From the NCBI GenBank assembly GCA_902609415.1, contig CACLRR010000003.1, positions 23,229 through 87,228 on the forward strand: a stretch of 64,000 bases of DNA, given 5' to 3'. Positions 45,652-54,474 of this stretch are shown piece after piece. Below the pieces are notes generated by a model. It had not been told where the DNA came from and made no database searches. It saw only the letters and a program-made list of their open reading frames with translations. Source of the DNA: an uncultured Chlamydiae bacterium (GTDB taxonomy: Bacteria > Chlamydiota > Chlamydiia > Chlamydiales > CACLRR01). The position numbers were made by a program, and so were the translations under genes. Each line of letters opens with the position of its first letter. Position 1 is the stretch's first letter.

Positions 45652-46053
45652 TGTGTGTTGTTCGGAGTGTTGTGTTCTAAGAGTAAAGGTAATATGTTGG
45701 TTGGTGTCTATAATCCTTCCTGTACAGTCAATAAGTTTCCCATGACTTTTATCAGTATGCTGGTAAAATGTCTGTGTAATTTTAACATGTTGTAAACCTT
45801 TTTCTGTAGAAAACGTCATATCTAGGAAAGGGGACCCCTTAAAACATCCTAGAATTTTGTTATATTTTATTGAATACTCAAGGTCTTCAATTTTCATATA
45901 AGTTCTTGTTGGCATTTCTGAAATATAAAAAGCTTTGCTTACTTCATTTTCGTTAGAAAGATATAGAAATGACGGGCGTGTAGAAAAAAAGTGAAGAGTA
46001 TCTTCTTGTAAGGATTTAGTGGGTAAACATAAGCACATTAAATAAATCTCCAA
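45640..46053 (-). CDS. hypothetical protein (137 aa)
   Basis: ORF only. Its 3' end overlaps mutL convergently by 12 nt. No recognisable domain, and the start is uncertain. Confidence 0.45.
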   Translation of the reverse strand: MEIYLMCLCLPTKSLQEDTLHFFSTRPSFLYLSNENEVSKAFYISEMPTRTYMKIEDLEYSIKYNKILGCFKGSPFLDMTFSTEKGLQHVKITQTFYQHTDKSHGKLIDCTGRIIDTNQHITFTLRTQHSEQHTLFH

Positions 46054-46149
46054 TAAATTTGAAGAATTATATGTGTTATCTGGATTTGGAAGAAGTTTTT
46101 TCTAGCCCAAAAGTGATTTTTTGCTATAAGGAGAAGAAATAGGTCTAAT

Positions 46150-47004
46150 GTGTATAGATATAGTCGATCGATATACCCCTTTCTCTTTTTTTTCTTTTCC
46201 CTTACGTGTTCCTCATGTAATCAGTTTTTTTATATGCCCACAAGTAAAGAATACTTTGTGGAAGAGCACGCGAAGACTAATTTTGAGGATCTTACCTTTG
46301 AGTCTATGGATGGCACCTTGTTGCATGCGAGGTTGTATCAGAGATCCACTAGAACACCTAAGCTTGGAACAGTTGTCTTTTTTCATGGTAATGCTGAAAA
46401 CCTTACAAGTCATGCTATTATAGTTGACTGGATGCGTGAATATGGTTTGAATGTTTTAATTTTTGACTATAGGGGCTATGGGCAGTCTAAAGGAAGTCCT
46501 TCCTCAAAAGGGTGTCACTTAGATGGACTTGCTGCACTCTTAAAAGCTCGTAGTATTCATGAGAAGCTTGGAGGAAGACATTTTATTGTCTATGGACAGA
46601 GCCTTGGAGGTATTATTCTTCTAAGGGCTTTTATTGATTCATCTATTCGTAAGGATATTGACCTTCTTGTTGTTGATTCCTCATTTGCCTCTTATAAGGA
46701 TATAGCTTTTAGAAGGGCAAATGATAATTTATTTACTGCACTATTTAGTCCATTGGCCTATGCACTAGTGTCGGATAAGATGTCGATTAAAAAGTCACTA
46801 AATGAGATTGATGTGCCGTTACTTGTTATTCACAGTAAGGAAGATAAGGTTATCCCGATTGATTTTGGTAAAGAGATTTATGATCTAGCTCAAACAAGAA
46901 AATGGTTTTGGGAACTTGAGACGGGTCCTCATATTTCTGTCTTTACTGTAAAGCAAGGTTCTAATCGCAAGCGCTTTATATCCTTTATTCAGAATAATCT
47001 ATGA
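46150..47004 (+). CDS. alpha/beta-fold hydrolase with N-terminal hydrophobic leader
   Basis: Nucleophile elbow GQSLGG, HGNAEN oxyanion region and the C-terminal HSKEDKVIP acid/His region. Leader IYPFLFFFFSLTCSSC. GTG start. Confidence 0.8.
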   Translation: MYRYSRSIYPFLFFFFSLTCSSCNQFFYMPTSKEYFVEEHAKTNFEDLTFESMDGTLLHARLYQRSTRTPKLGTVVFFHGNAENLTSHAIIVDWMREYGLNVLIFDYRGYGQSKGSPSSKGCHLDGLAALLKARSIHEKLGGRHFIVYGQSLGGIILLRAFIDSSIRKDIDLLVVDSSFASYKDIAFRRANDNLFTALFSPLAYALVSDKMSIKKSLNEIDVPLLVIHSKEDKVIPIDFGKEIYDLAQTRKWFWELETGPHISVFTVKQGSNRKRFISFIQNNL

Positions 47005-47028
47005 CATCTCATTTTGTGTATATCATGT

Positions 47029-47298
47029 TTATATAGTTTGTCTAATAGGAAAGCACTTAAGAGTTTTTCTGATAGTGGCCTTTATTTGATCATCGATATC
47101 ATCACTTGTTAAATCCTTTCCACTTAGAAAGCGGAAGGATCCATGACCACCATTTCTATGTAATAGGTCCTTAATTATAGCTACCGTTTTTTCTGCCTGT
47201 GAATGAGGCTCTACATGTAACATATTTACAGGTGTTTTTTGTGCAGATGTTATAATTGTTACTATGAACATAGACATACTGGATCCATTAGTACACAA
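47029..47298 (-). pseudogene. doubtful ORF, possibly the 3' part of a frameshifted small gene
   Basis: TTG-initiated 89-aa ORF. A 35-codon ATG ORF (MSSPLTPGLSTTVQKFCDPDGLIVCVLMDPVCLCS*) begins about 70 nt upstream in another frame and overlaps it. No domain recognised. Confidence 0.2.
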
Positions 47299-47640
47299 AC
47301 TATAAGCCCATCAGGATCACAAAATTTTTGTACAGTTGTTGAAAGACCAGGGGTGAGAGGAGAAGACATAAAAGGACCCTTTTTGTTAAGATTTTGCAAA
47401 ATAATGTATCAAAATTAGTTGAAATAATCAACCACATATTAGCTGCAAGAAATTAGATATCAAAGTTTTGCAATTTATTTTTCTTGAGAGGAGGGTTACT
47501 TATTCTTTTTAAGATAAAAGAAATGTAGTCTAGATAATAGAGCTAAGTAAAAGATATTTATCTCATTTATTCAAAGTCTTTTATGATCCATCTTTACGAT
47601 GCAATTTTAAATCTAGATCAATCACGGGTTTATTAGACGT

Positions 47641-48133
47641 TTAATTTGAAAGCCATCGCCTTAAGCGATTGAATAATCCCAGTAAATGAAACAGTAGAAG
47701 AATTAAAAGATACTTAAATTTTTTTGGGGGGGGTAGCCCAACACCATTAGAAGAAAATAGGCAGCTCTGACAGTTCTGGTTTAGAGTTTTAAGATTTTGA
47801 CATTCTCTATCTGAATTAAAAACGATAAAGCAGTTCAGTTGCGGATCAAATGAGTTCTCTAGTCCTGTGCATCCGATAAATTTAATATTGGAAAGGGGAT
47901 ATTTATAATCAGATCTTAAATTAGACGCTATTAAGTTGCGTATTTGGACCATTAAATAGAGCTCCAACCATACTGGAGCCATCAAAGGTTGATCTTGTAA
48001 GAGGTTGTGTAAAAATCGGAGGACCATATGTAAACTTTACCTTATAAAAATAACAATTTAAGAAAAGGGAGATTAAATTTAGTAATGAACTTGGTAGATC
48101 TAGTATAGCAAACTTTATCCTGTTGTGCTTCAC
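47641..48133 (-). pseudogene. candidate degraded gene: two overlapping reverse-strand ORF fragments in different frames
   Basis: ORFs 47921-48133 (70 aa, GTG start) and 47641-48027 (128 aa) overlap by 107 nt in different frames. A single frameshift near 47925 would join them into a ~190-aa Cys-rich protein with hydrophobic ends. The downstream fragment contains a C8/A7 homopolymer pair (G8 at 47726-47733 on the + strand). Confidence 0.3.
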
Positions 48134-48371
48134 TTATAGCACTATCAATATTTCTGCAAACTGAATAACCCAAGCTTTTACAATCTGTAGGTCATCTTAT
48201 GTTATTTCTCATATTTTTTTCTTGTTTATTTACATTTTAACATAAAAAGAAAAAAATAATATTATCCTCCAATAATTTGTAAATAACTGCAAATTATTGA
48301 AAAAACTCTTTGCACACATATTTAATTTGGTTATTTAAAGAGGATTAATCATCACACCCTAAGGTGAGGAT

Positions 48372-48403
48372 AAAAAAAAAGGTCCTAACTTGAAGCTAGG
48401 ACC
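48372..48403 (-). terminator. rho-independent terminator of the SH3b-protein gene
   Basis: Reverse strand: GGTCCTAGCTTCAAGTTAGGACC followed by T9, 24 nt after the stop at 48427. Confidence 0.75.
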
Positions 48404-48426
48404 AGAATAGACTTAATAAATGTATT

Positions 48427-49596
48427 TTAATGAGCTTCTACAACGAAATATGCAGGGTATGCATAGTCGTTATTTGGTCTTTCAACGACTGTTAGATTTA
48501 CATATCTGCCTACGAAATCATTAAGATTTACTTTTGTACTATAAAGGTAGGCTTTTGAATACTCCTTATCTCTTAATACATAGCTACCAGGCTTGTTTTT
48601 TACAAAATCAGAATATACTTCAACAATTCCTGAGATACTTTTACTAACCATCTTCTCTTCTTCGTAGAATTCTTCCTTTGTTTTTGAGCTATCCCCATTG
48701 GACCATGAGATAAATATAGATTCTTCATTAGCTTCCCAAATGTTCATTCGATCCATCGGTGTTACTGAGGTTTCTGTGTAATTTGAAGAGCTTGCCATAT
48801 GGTTTGACATCTTATCAGCCTTTGATTCTAAATAGGCAAGTTTTTTCCTTAGAAAATCCTCTTTGATAGAAAAGAATTTTTCTTTAGCATTTTTTGCATA
48901 TTCAGGGAATTCTTTATAATCATTGATGATGGTTTCAAAATCATTAGTGATCCTATTGAAATTGATTTCTTCAAATGATTTTGACATTTCTGATTTTGCA
49001 AAAAGAAGTGTTGATTGCATCAACTTGGTTACGTTTTCTTTTTTTGCATCATGGATGGCCTTAAGTTCATATCCACCAATATTTTCTATAAATTCTTTTG
49101 CTATGTAGAATACGGTGTTTTTTGGGGGACTGATCTGTAGCCATTTATGATTACTGTCACAAATGATGCCATCTACCTTGTCGCCAGTATTGAGGTAGCC
49201 AATGACAGGAGAGGTTAGATCAGGTTTTAGTCTGACATGTACATGCTTTCCTTCAATTACTTCGTCAATAATGAAGCTTCTGAATACAAAAGCCTTAGTG
49301 TTATTAGGTGCAGAAATTGCATAAAAATCACTTCTTTCACCAATTACAGAAACCAGCTCACCTCCTAGAAGCTCCGCAATAACTGGTGATTCAATGTCTG
49401 CTAATTGACGAACTCTAACGTTTTTACCAAGAATTTTTCCTGTAAACGCTTTGATAGAGTTAAAAGCTGGTGCATCTTTCTTGCTTGTTTTTATCTCTTG
49501 CTTACTGTTTTTTTGCAAAGGGTTACTATCGGCTGATAATGTTCCTACTACACAAAACATCGTGCAAAATGTTCTAAAAATAGATCTTCGTGTCAT
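48427..49596 (-). CDS. secreted protein with two bacterial SH3 (SH3b) domains
   Basis: Signal peptide MTRRSIFRTFCTMFCVVGTLSA. Two SH3b-like segments (GKNVRVRQLADIESPVIAELLGGELVSVI and GKHVHVRLKPDLTSPVIGYLNTGDKVDGI). AGGAG SD upstream. Confidence 0.75.
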   Translation of the reverse strand: MTRRSIFRTFCTMFCVVGTLSADSNPLQKNSKQEIKTSKKDAPAFNSIKAFTGKILGKNVRVRQLADIESPVIAELLGGELVSVIGERSDFYAISAPNNTKAFVFRSFIIDEVIEGKHVHVRLKPDLTSPVIGYLNTGDKVDGIICDSNHKWLQISPPKNTVFYIAKEFIENIGGYELKAIHDAKKENVTKLMQSTLLFAKSEMSKSFEEINFNRITNDFETIINDYKEFPEYAKNAKEKFFSIKEDFLRKKLAYLESKADKMSNHMASSSNYTETSVTPMDRMNIWEANEESIFISWSNGDSSKTKEEFYEEEKMVSKSISGIVEVYSDFVKNKPGSYVLRDKEYSKAYLYSTKVNLNDFVGRYVNLTVVERPNNDYAYPAYFVVEAH

Positions 49597-49646
49597 GACA
49601 TGTACTCCTGCTAAGCAACGAGTTTTAACGTTTTTCTATTTTTAAA

Positions 49647-50255
49647 TCAAGTAGATAATTTCATAATGAAATTGTAAATTTCCTGCCAGTTATCAGCTTC
49701 AATAATAGGGCAGTCTGCACATTTAGGTGGGTGATTGTTATTTCTCATCCAGATAGAAGTAAGACCCAGCTTATGTCCAACAAGGGCGTTACTGTATGTG
49801 TCTTCAACCCAAATGAGGTTTTCACCTTTATGCTTTTCAAGAGTGGCTTGTTTACTTTCAGTGTGACCAAGGCAGATGATTTCGTCCCAGATTTTTTCTT
49901 CAAAGTGATAAAATAGATTTCTTCTTCGTTGCTCTTTTGATTCACTGCTGCTTCCGTGGCATGTGATCGCCTTAAATTTCCAACCCAGATCATTCAATAG
50001 ATGAAGGTAGTGTTTAGCATCCTTAAAGGGTTCTTGGTAGGTGTAAATTATTTCTTCACTTGATCTAGAATAGAGATCTGCAAGGTGGTCAGGTTCTCTG
50101 TGGTGCCATTTATAAAGAAAGTCTGTTTTTTCCTCCTCATTGGTGCCCTTTAGGTAACCTTTATGATCGAGCCAATGAAAAAACTGGGTGCCGTGAGCAA
50201 GAACTACACCATCTATATCTACAAGGATAAGCTTTTTTTTAGGATGAGTTGCCAT
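49647..50255 (-). CDS. HAD-superfamily hydrolase (possibly 5'(3')-nucleotidase-like)
   Basis: Motif I LILVDIDGVV (DxDG) at the N-terminus. Size and layout fit small HAD phosphatases. Confidence 0.7.
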   Translation of the reverse strand: MATHPKKKLILVDIDGVVLAHGTQFFHWLDHKGYLKGTNEEEKTDFLYKWHHREPDHLADLYSRSSEEIIYTYQEPFKDAKHYLHLLNDLGWKFKAITCHGSSSESKEQRRRNLFYHFEEKIWDEIICLGHTESKQATLEKHKGENLIWVEDTYSNALVGHKLGLTSIWMRNNNHPPKCADCPIIEADNWQEIYNFIMKLST

Positions 50256-50270
50256 GGGTGCAGTTTAGTC

Positions 50271-50948
50271 TCAACTGTTTAAAACTGCAAGGAGATGTTC
50301 GCAGCCATCTTTACCGCAGGTGCAACCAACAGGATTTCCAAGGAAAACCTGATAATGCTCTTCCACATCCAATGGATTAGTGACATTATAAAGGTTTTCA
50401 CCTACCTTTTTAATATCCCATTCTCTAAACGTAAGATCATCTTTTGAGACCTCCTCAATAGTTTCAGCTTCGTTTGTTTTTTCTTTCCCTTGCATGGCAG
50501 AGACCATTTGACAGTAATGGCAGTTACAATGGGGTTCGCTATCACCCATATTGAGCATGTCTAGATCGATGTTAAGAGATTTTGTAAATTGAGATATTTT
50601 ATCAAGCACTTCCTTAGGAAGGTCAGGCGCATCTTTTTGTGTTGGATCGTGCTGCATCATGCTAGGTAGGTTTTCAAGTGAAGAGAGGCCAAGTTGATTA
50701 AAAGCAAATCCAGGTGAAGGATTGCCTGCATTATTTGATGATTTTTTCTCGGTAATTTCAGCATGCTTTTCAAAAATAGCATCAATGTGACTATCTGAAA
50801 GATTGGGAACATGAATTGTATTGTTTGTTTTAAGGTGGAATGTGAGAGTCTTGTTATTTGGGTTGTATTGAAGTGAAGAAATTTCAGACCAGCTAGTAGA
50901 GATGTAAGGCGAAATACTAAGTAGGTGGTTTGTTATTTTTATATTCAT
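50271..50948 (-). CDS. hypothetical protein with C-terminal SWIM-type zinc finger
   Basis: C-terminal GCTCGKDGCEHLLAVL fits CxCxnCxH with the typical H..AVL tail. There is an additional CNCHYC cluster upstream. Confidence 0.6.
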   Translation of the reverse strand: MNIKITNHLLSISPYISTSWSEISSLQYNPNNKTLTFHLKTNNTIHVPNLSDSHIDAIFEKHAEITEKKSSNNAGNPSPGFAFNQLGLSSLENLPSMMQHDPTQKDAPDLPKEVLDKISQFTKSLNIDLDMLNMGDSEPHCNCHYCQMVSAMQGKEKTNEAETIEEVSKDDLTFREWDIKKVGENLYNVTNPLDVEEHYQVFLGNPVGCTCGKDGCEHLLAVLNS

Positions 50949-51164
50949 AAGCTCCTCAAAATCAGCATTGTCATTTTCCTACATTATAACTTAAAAGAAC
51001 AAGTTTGTCAAATTAATTAGCACTCAGGGTGTCTGTGTGCTGAATAATTGGTGTAAGCCGCCTATTATCTTCACTTTGTGTGATTAAAATATTTAATTAC
51101 TAAATTCAGTTGTTTTTACGTGGAAAATAGTTCATAAAAGAGAAAAGTAAAAGATGGAGGGCTA

Positions 51165-52463
51165 ATGGCCGTAGATCGTTATTTGATTGATACAGATGTT
51201 TTTCTACATAACCCACGAATAATTAACGATTTAAAAGGTCATAAGATTTATCTTTCTTCGTTAGTACTTGAAGAAATAGGTAAGAGAAGAGGTAAAACGA
51301 CAACTCTCGGTGATAATGCGAGTTTTTTCCTAGATTACCTTAAGACTCTCCCACAAACTTCTAAAGGCACTTTTATTGACGATAAAACCGATGTAAGGAT
51401 CTGGTTGGAAAGCTTACTGCCATCTAAATTTGAAAAAATTGCGCCAGATATGGATAGAAATCATCTTTTGAATACAGCGCTTTCTATTAGAAAAACTGAG
51501 GGGGAGCTTGTTTTACTCTCTAGGGATCCCGTAACACTTCTTCTCTCAAATACCTTGGGTATTAATACAAAAGAGATGTCATCTTTCGATTCCTCTCTTA
51601 ATAGCGTGTACAAAGGGATAAGATTTCTTGATACGTCAAAAAAAATAATAGATCAATTCTATAAGGATTCTGCTATAAAACCACCTACAGGAGAAACTTT
51701 TTCTCCGTACGAATATTGCATATTAAAGAGTACTGAGGGTTCTTCAGCAGTTTCTCGTTATGATATGACTAGTGGGCAGTTACTTCCTCTTACAAATAGC
51801 AATAAGGATGCTTTTGGGATAAAGCCAAGAAATATTGAGCAGAAATGTGCACTTGATCTTCTACTTGATGACCAGGTCAAGTTAGTTACTCTTATTGGAC
51901 AAGCTGGTACTGGAAAAACTCTTCTTGCTCTTGCCTCCGCACTTAGAAAGGTATTTGATGAAGGGGTTTATGATCGCATAGTTATTTCTAGATCTGTTAT
52001 GCCTCTTGGAAAGGATATAGGCTTTCTTCCTGGGACAAAGGAAGAGAAAATGCAGGCATGGCTTGGTTCATTTTTTGATAACCTCGATTTCATCTCTAAT
52101 CATCACCAAAAAAATAGTGCAGCGCAAGAAACAAAAAAATGGATTCTTGAGAGTGAAAAATTCCAACTAGAAGCGATAACTTATATGCGTGGTAGATCAT
52201 TTAGCAATACAATTGTTATCATTGATGAGGCACAGAACCTTACAGCGCATGAAATCAAAACAATTATTTCCAGGATCGGATATAACTCTAAGGTTATTGT
52301 TATTGGTGATCCTAGTCAGATTGATAATCATCACCTTAATGCAACATCGAATGGATTGATTCATCTTTGTGAAAAGATGAAATCGTACTCGATCTCAGGC
52401 AATATTATTTTCTCTCAGACAGAGCGATCTGAGCTTGCCGAGATTGCCTCAAAAGTATTGTGA
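51165..52463 (+). CDS. PhoH2-type protein (N-terminal PIN domain fused to PhoH-like ATPase)
   Basis: PIN-like N-terminus YLIDTDVFLHNP...LSSLVLEEI. PhoH core with Walker A GQAGTGKTLLALA and IIDEAQNLT. Confidence 0.85.
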   Translation: MAVDRYLIDTDVFLHNPRIINDLKGHKIYLSSLVLEEIGKRRGKTTTLGDNASFFLDYLKTLPQTSKGTFIDDKTDVRIWLESLLPSKFEKIAPDMDRNHLLNTALSIRKTEGELVLLSRDPVTLLLSNTLGINTKEMSSFDSSLNSVYKGIRFLDTSKKIIDQFYKDSAIKPPTGETFSPYEYCILKSTEGSSAVSRYDMTSGQLLPLTNSNKDAFGIKPRNIEQKCALDLLLDDQVKLVTLIGQAGTGKTLLALASALRKVFDEGVYDRIVISRSVMPLGKDIGFLPGTKEEKMQAWLGSFFDNLDFISNHHQKNSAAQETKKWILESEKFQLEAITYMRGRSFSNTIVIIDEAQNLTAHEIKTIISRIGYNSKVIVIGDPSQIDNHHLNATSNGLIHLCEKMKSYSISGNIIFSQTERSELAEIASKVL

Positions 52464-52473
52464 AGTTTTCTCT

Positions 52474-52491
52474 GTTAGGTTAGGCTTAATT
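52474..52491 (+). repeat. direct repeat, left copy (flanks ORF 52518-53288)
   Basis: GTTAGGTTAGGCTTAATT matches 53439-53456 at 17 of 18 positions. An additional shared tgaagtttt lies at 52461 and 53326. Confidence 0.6.
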
Positions 52492-52517
52492 CAGTCAAAC
52501 TTAATATATAGGATGTT

Positions 52518-53288
52518 ATGAAAAATACGTTTCTACTTTCTTTCTTCTTTTTATGCTCCATTTCATCTCTAGAAATGTCTTTTTTCTATGAAGAGCAATT
52601 GGAGGAACCAAAAACAGAACAAGAGTTAGATCTTGTAGAACATGCAAAAAGTAGTTTTTCAAAAGCTGTAAACCTTGAATCAAAATTAGTTGGAATAGAG
52701 TTTAAAGAACATCCTCTTTCTGCAACATGGAAGAAAGAAAATTTTGATCATATACATACTATGCAGGATATACCTTTACTTCGAATTCATCATCTTATGA
52801 ATAATTTGGCATCATACTATGAAACAACACATCTTCACGTAGGTCTCCTTGCAGGGGATTCATTTATTGCGACGCAGTATAGAAATGCAGAACAGTTAAG
52901 ATGCTGTGTAGGATTAGATTGGTTTATGGAGTGTTCAAAGGAAGTCTTTTATGCAAATGCTGATCAATATATTTTACCTGAAAGTTATTCTATCATCGAT
53001 TCTTCTTGCTACCAGTTTGATAAAACTCTTATTCCGGAACCGATTAACCTATACTTCTATGATGCTGATCATTGTCTAATTGGGCATGAAAATGCCTTTA
53101 CATACTATGATGATTGTTTTGCTGATCTTTTTATTGCTGTCATTGATGATTGGTCCTGCCCATGGATCAGAAAGCCTACTTTTAATGCCTTTAAGAAGTT
53201 AGGTTATACTGTTCTTTACCAGGCATACCTTGAACCAGGAGAGTCATCTTTTGAAAATGGACAGTATATCGCTGTAATTAGGCGATAG
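52518..53288 (+). CDS. hypothetical protein, distant class I (Methyltransf_24-like) methyltransferase fold, N-terminal hydrophobic leader
   Basis: Leader MKNTFLLSFFFLCSISS. LHVGLLAGDSF resembles SAM motif I of the LEIGvfxGxS type. NLYFYDADHCLIGHENAF resembles the fDlifIDgdHsye block. The assignment is weak. Confidence 0.5.
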   Translation: MKNTFLLSFFFLCSISSLEMSFFYEEQLEEPKTEQELDLVEHAKSSFSKAVNLESKLVGIEFKEHPLSATWKKENFDHIHTMQDIPLLRIHHLMNNLASYYETTHLHVGLLAGDSFIATQYRNAEQLRCCVGLDWFMECSKEVFYANADQYILPESYSIIDSSCYQFDKTLIPEPINLYFYDADHCLIGHENAFTYYDDCFADLFIAVIDDWSCPWIRKPTFNAFKKLGYTVLYQAYLEPGESSFENGQYIAVIRR

Positions 53289-53438
53289 TCTATTGTTACT
53301 TTCTCTTAAAGGGTAGGGTTTATTCTGAAGTTTTTTCCATTTTATAATATGTCCTATGAGAGTGGTACGGTGTCTGTTTGATAGAGAAATGAGGAGTTCC
53401 TTATAAATAATAGAGTATTTTAGAGGAATTTCTAATCA

Positions 53439-53456
53439 GTTAGGTTAGACTTAATT
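53439..53456 (+). repeat. direct repeat, right copy
   Basis: GTTAGGTTAGACTTAATT; see 52474-52491. Confidence 0.6.
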
Positions 53457-53470
53457 AATTGTCGGCTTTT

Positions 53471-54217
53471 TTAGCGTTTCTTGAGAAGAATGGCGTTGCT
53501 ATTTTCAATCTCATAGACCACATCACAGTGGTCTAGTAAATACCATAGAGCTTCCATTTTGGTGTGTTTTCCGTCTATTACACAAAAGATGTCAGAAAAG
53601 AGAATATAGCCGTTACTTTTGACCTTTGGTAAGTAAAGAATAGCATCTTCAAGAGAGGCTTCTTTCCCCATATTTCCATGAAAGTGGATGAAGTCTACCT
53701 CATTGGGTACAAGATTAATACATGTAGATGATTTCTGATGGAGAATGGTTGTGAAACCCGTATATTCATAGTTTTCTAGCATTATTCCGAATTTCGTTTT
53801 AATCATTTTTAGATCTAGATTTTTCCACCAGATGTAGTTTGGATCACTTTCGGGCACTTCATTTAGAACATCATTTGTTGACCAAGAATCAATGGCATAG
53901 ACATGACCTGAGTATTGGTGCTTCATAGTATGCATTATTGGCATAAGAGAAGCTCCAAGGAATACACCAATTTCAAGACAAATTTTAGGTTTATTAAGTT
54001 CAGAAAGAAGAAGTAGAAGCTCATTTTTTTGAGGAGAACACCAGGAATTATTGTTACGCAGGTTCAATACAGATAATTGCTCATCAAGATGATTGATTTG
54101 TTCTTCGCTAAGAGGTTCTCCATGGAGCTCTTTGATGAGGCTTAAGGAGTGTTCGCTTAACGCCCAAGTGTTGCTGACAAGTAAAATTAATGAAATAAGG
54201 AGTGTTCTTTTTTTCAT
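53471..54217 (-). CDS. class I SAM-dependent methyltransferase-like protein (Methyltransf_24-like) with signal-like leader
   Basis: Leader MKKRTLLISLILLVSNTWA. ICLEIGVFLGASL (motif I), VYAIDSW, VDFIHFHGN and NGYILFSD blocks. I preferred the start at ATG 54217 over the track start at 54280. Confidence 0.6.
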   Translation of the reverse strand: MKKRTLLISLILLVSNTWALSEHSLSLIKELHGEPLSEEQINHLDEQLSVLNLRNNNSWCSPQKNELLLLLSELNKPKICLEIGVFLGASLMPIMHTMKHQYSGHVYAIDSWSTNDVLNEVPESDPNYIWWKNLDLKMIKTKFGIMLENYEYTGFTTILHQKSSTCINLVPNEVDFIHFHGNMGKEASLEDAILYLPKVKSNGYILFSDIFCVIDGKHTKMEALWYLLDHCDVVYEIENSNAILLKKR

Positions 54218-54474
54218 TGGGACATAACCATTGGTGATTTTAATATAAGACAGCGTCCTTAAACTGAAGATTTTATGCAATCAAAAGTTTATAAAGTGTG
54301 TGAATTTATCAACCTTTTAAAGCATGGGCTGATAAATTACGTTTTTTCCTTCGTTCACTACTTAATTCAGTGGAATAGATATGCAGTTTAATGGTTGTGC
54401 TAAAATCCATATAGTTATTGAATATTTTTCAAATTAATGTATAGTTGTATTTCTAAAAAAATATTAAGGCATAA

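Noticed and set aside
46148-46423. 91-aa ORF starting at ATG 46148
   Set aside because: It is out of frame with, and nested in, the alpha/beta hydrolase gene (46150-47004), which carries the conserved motifs.
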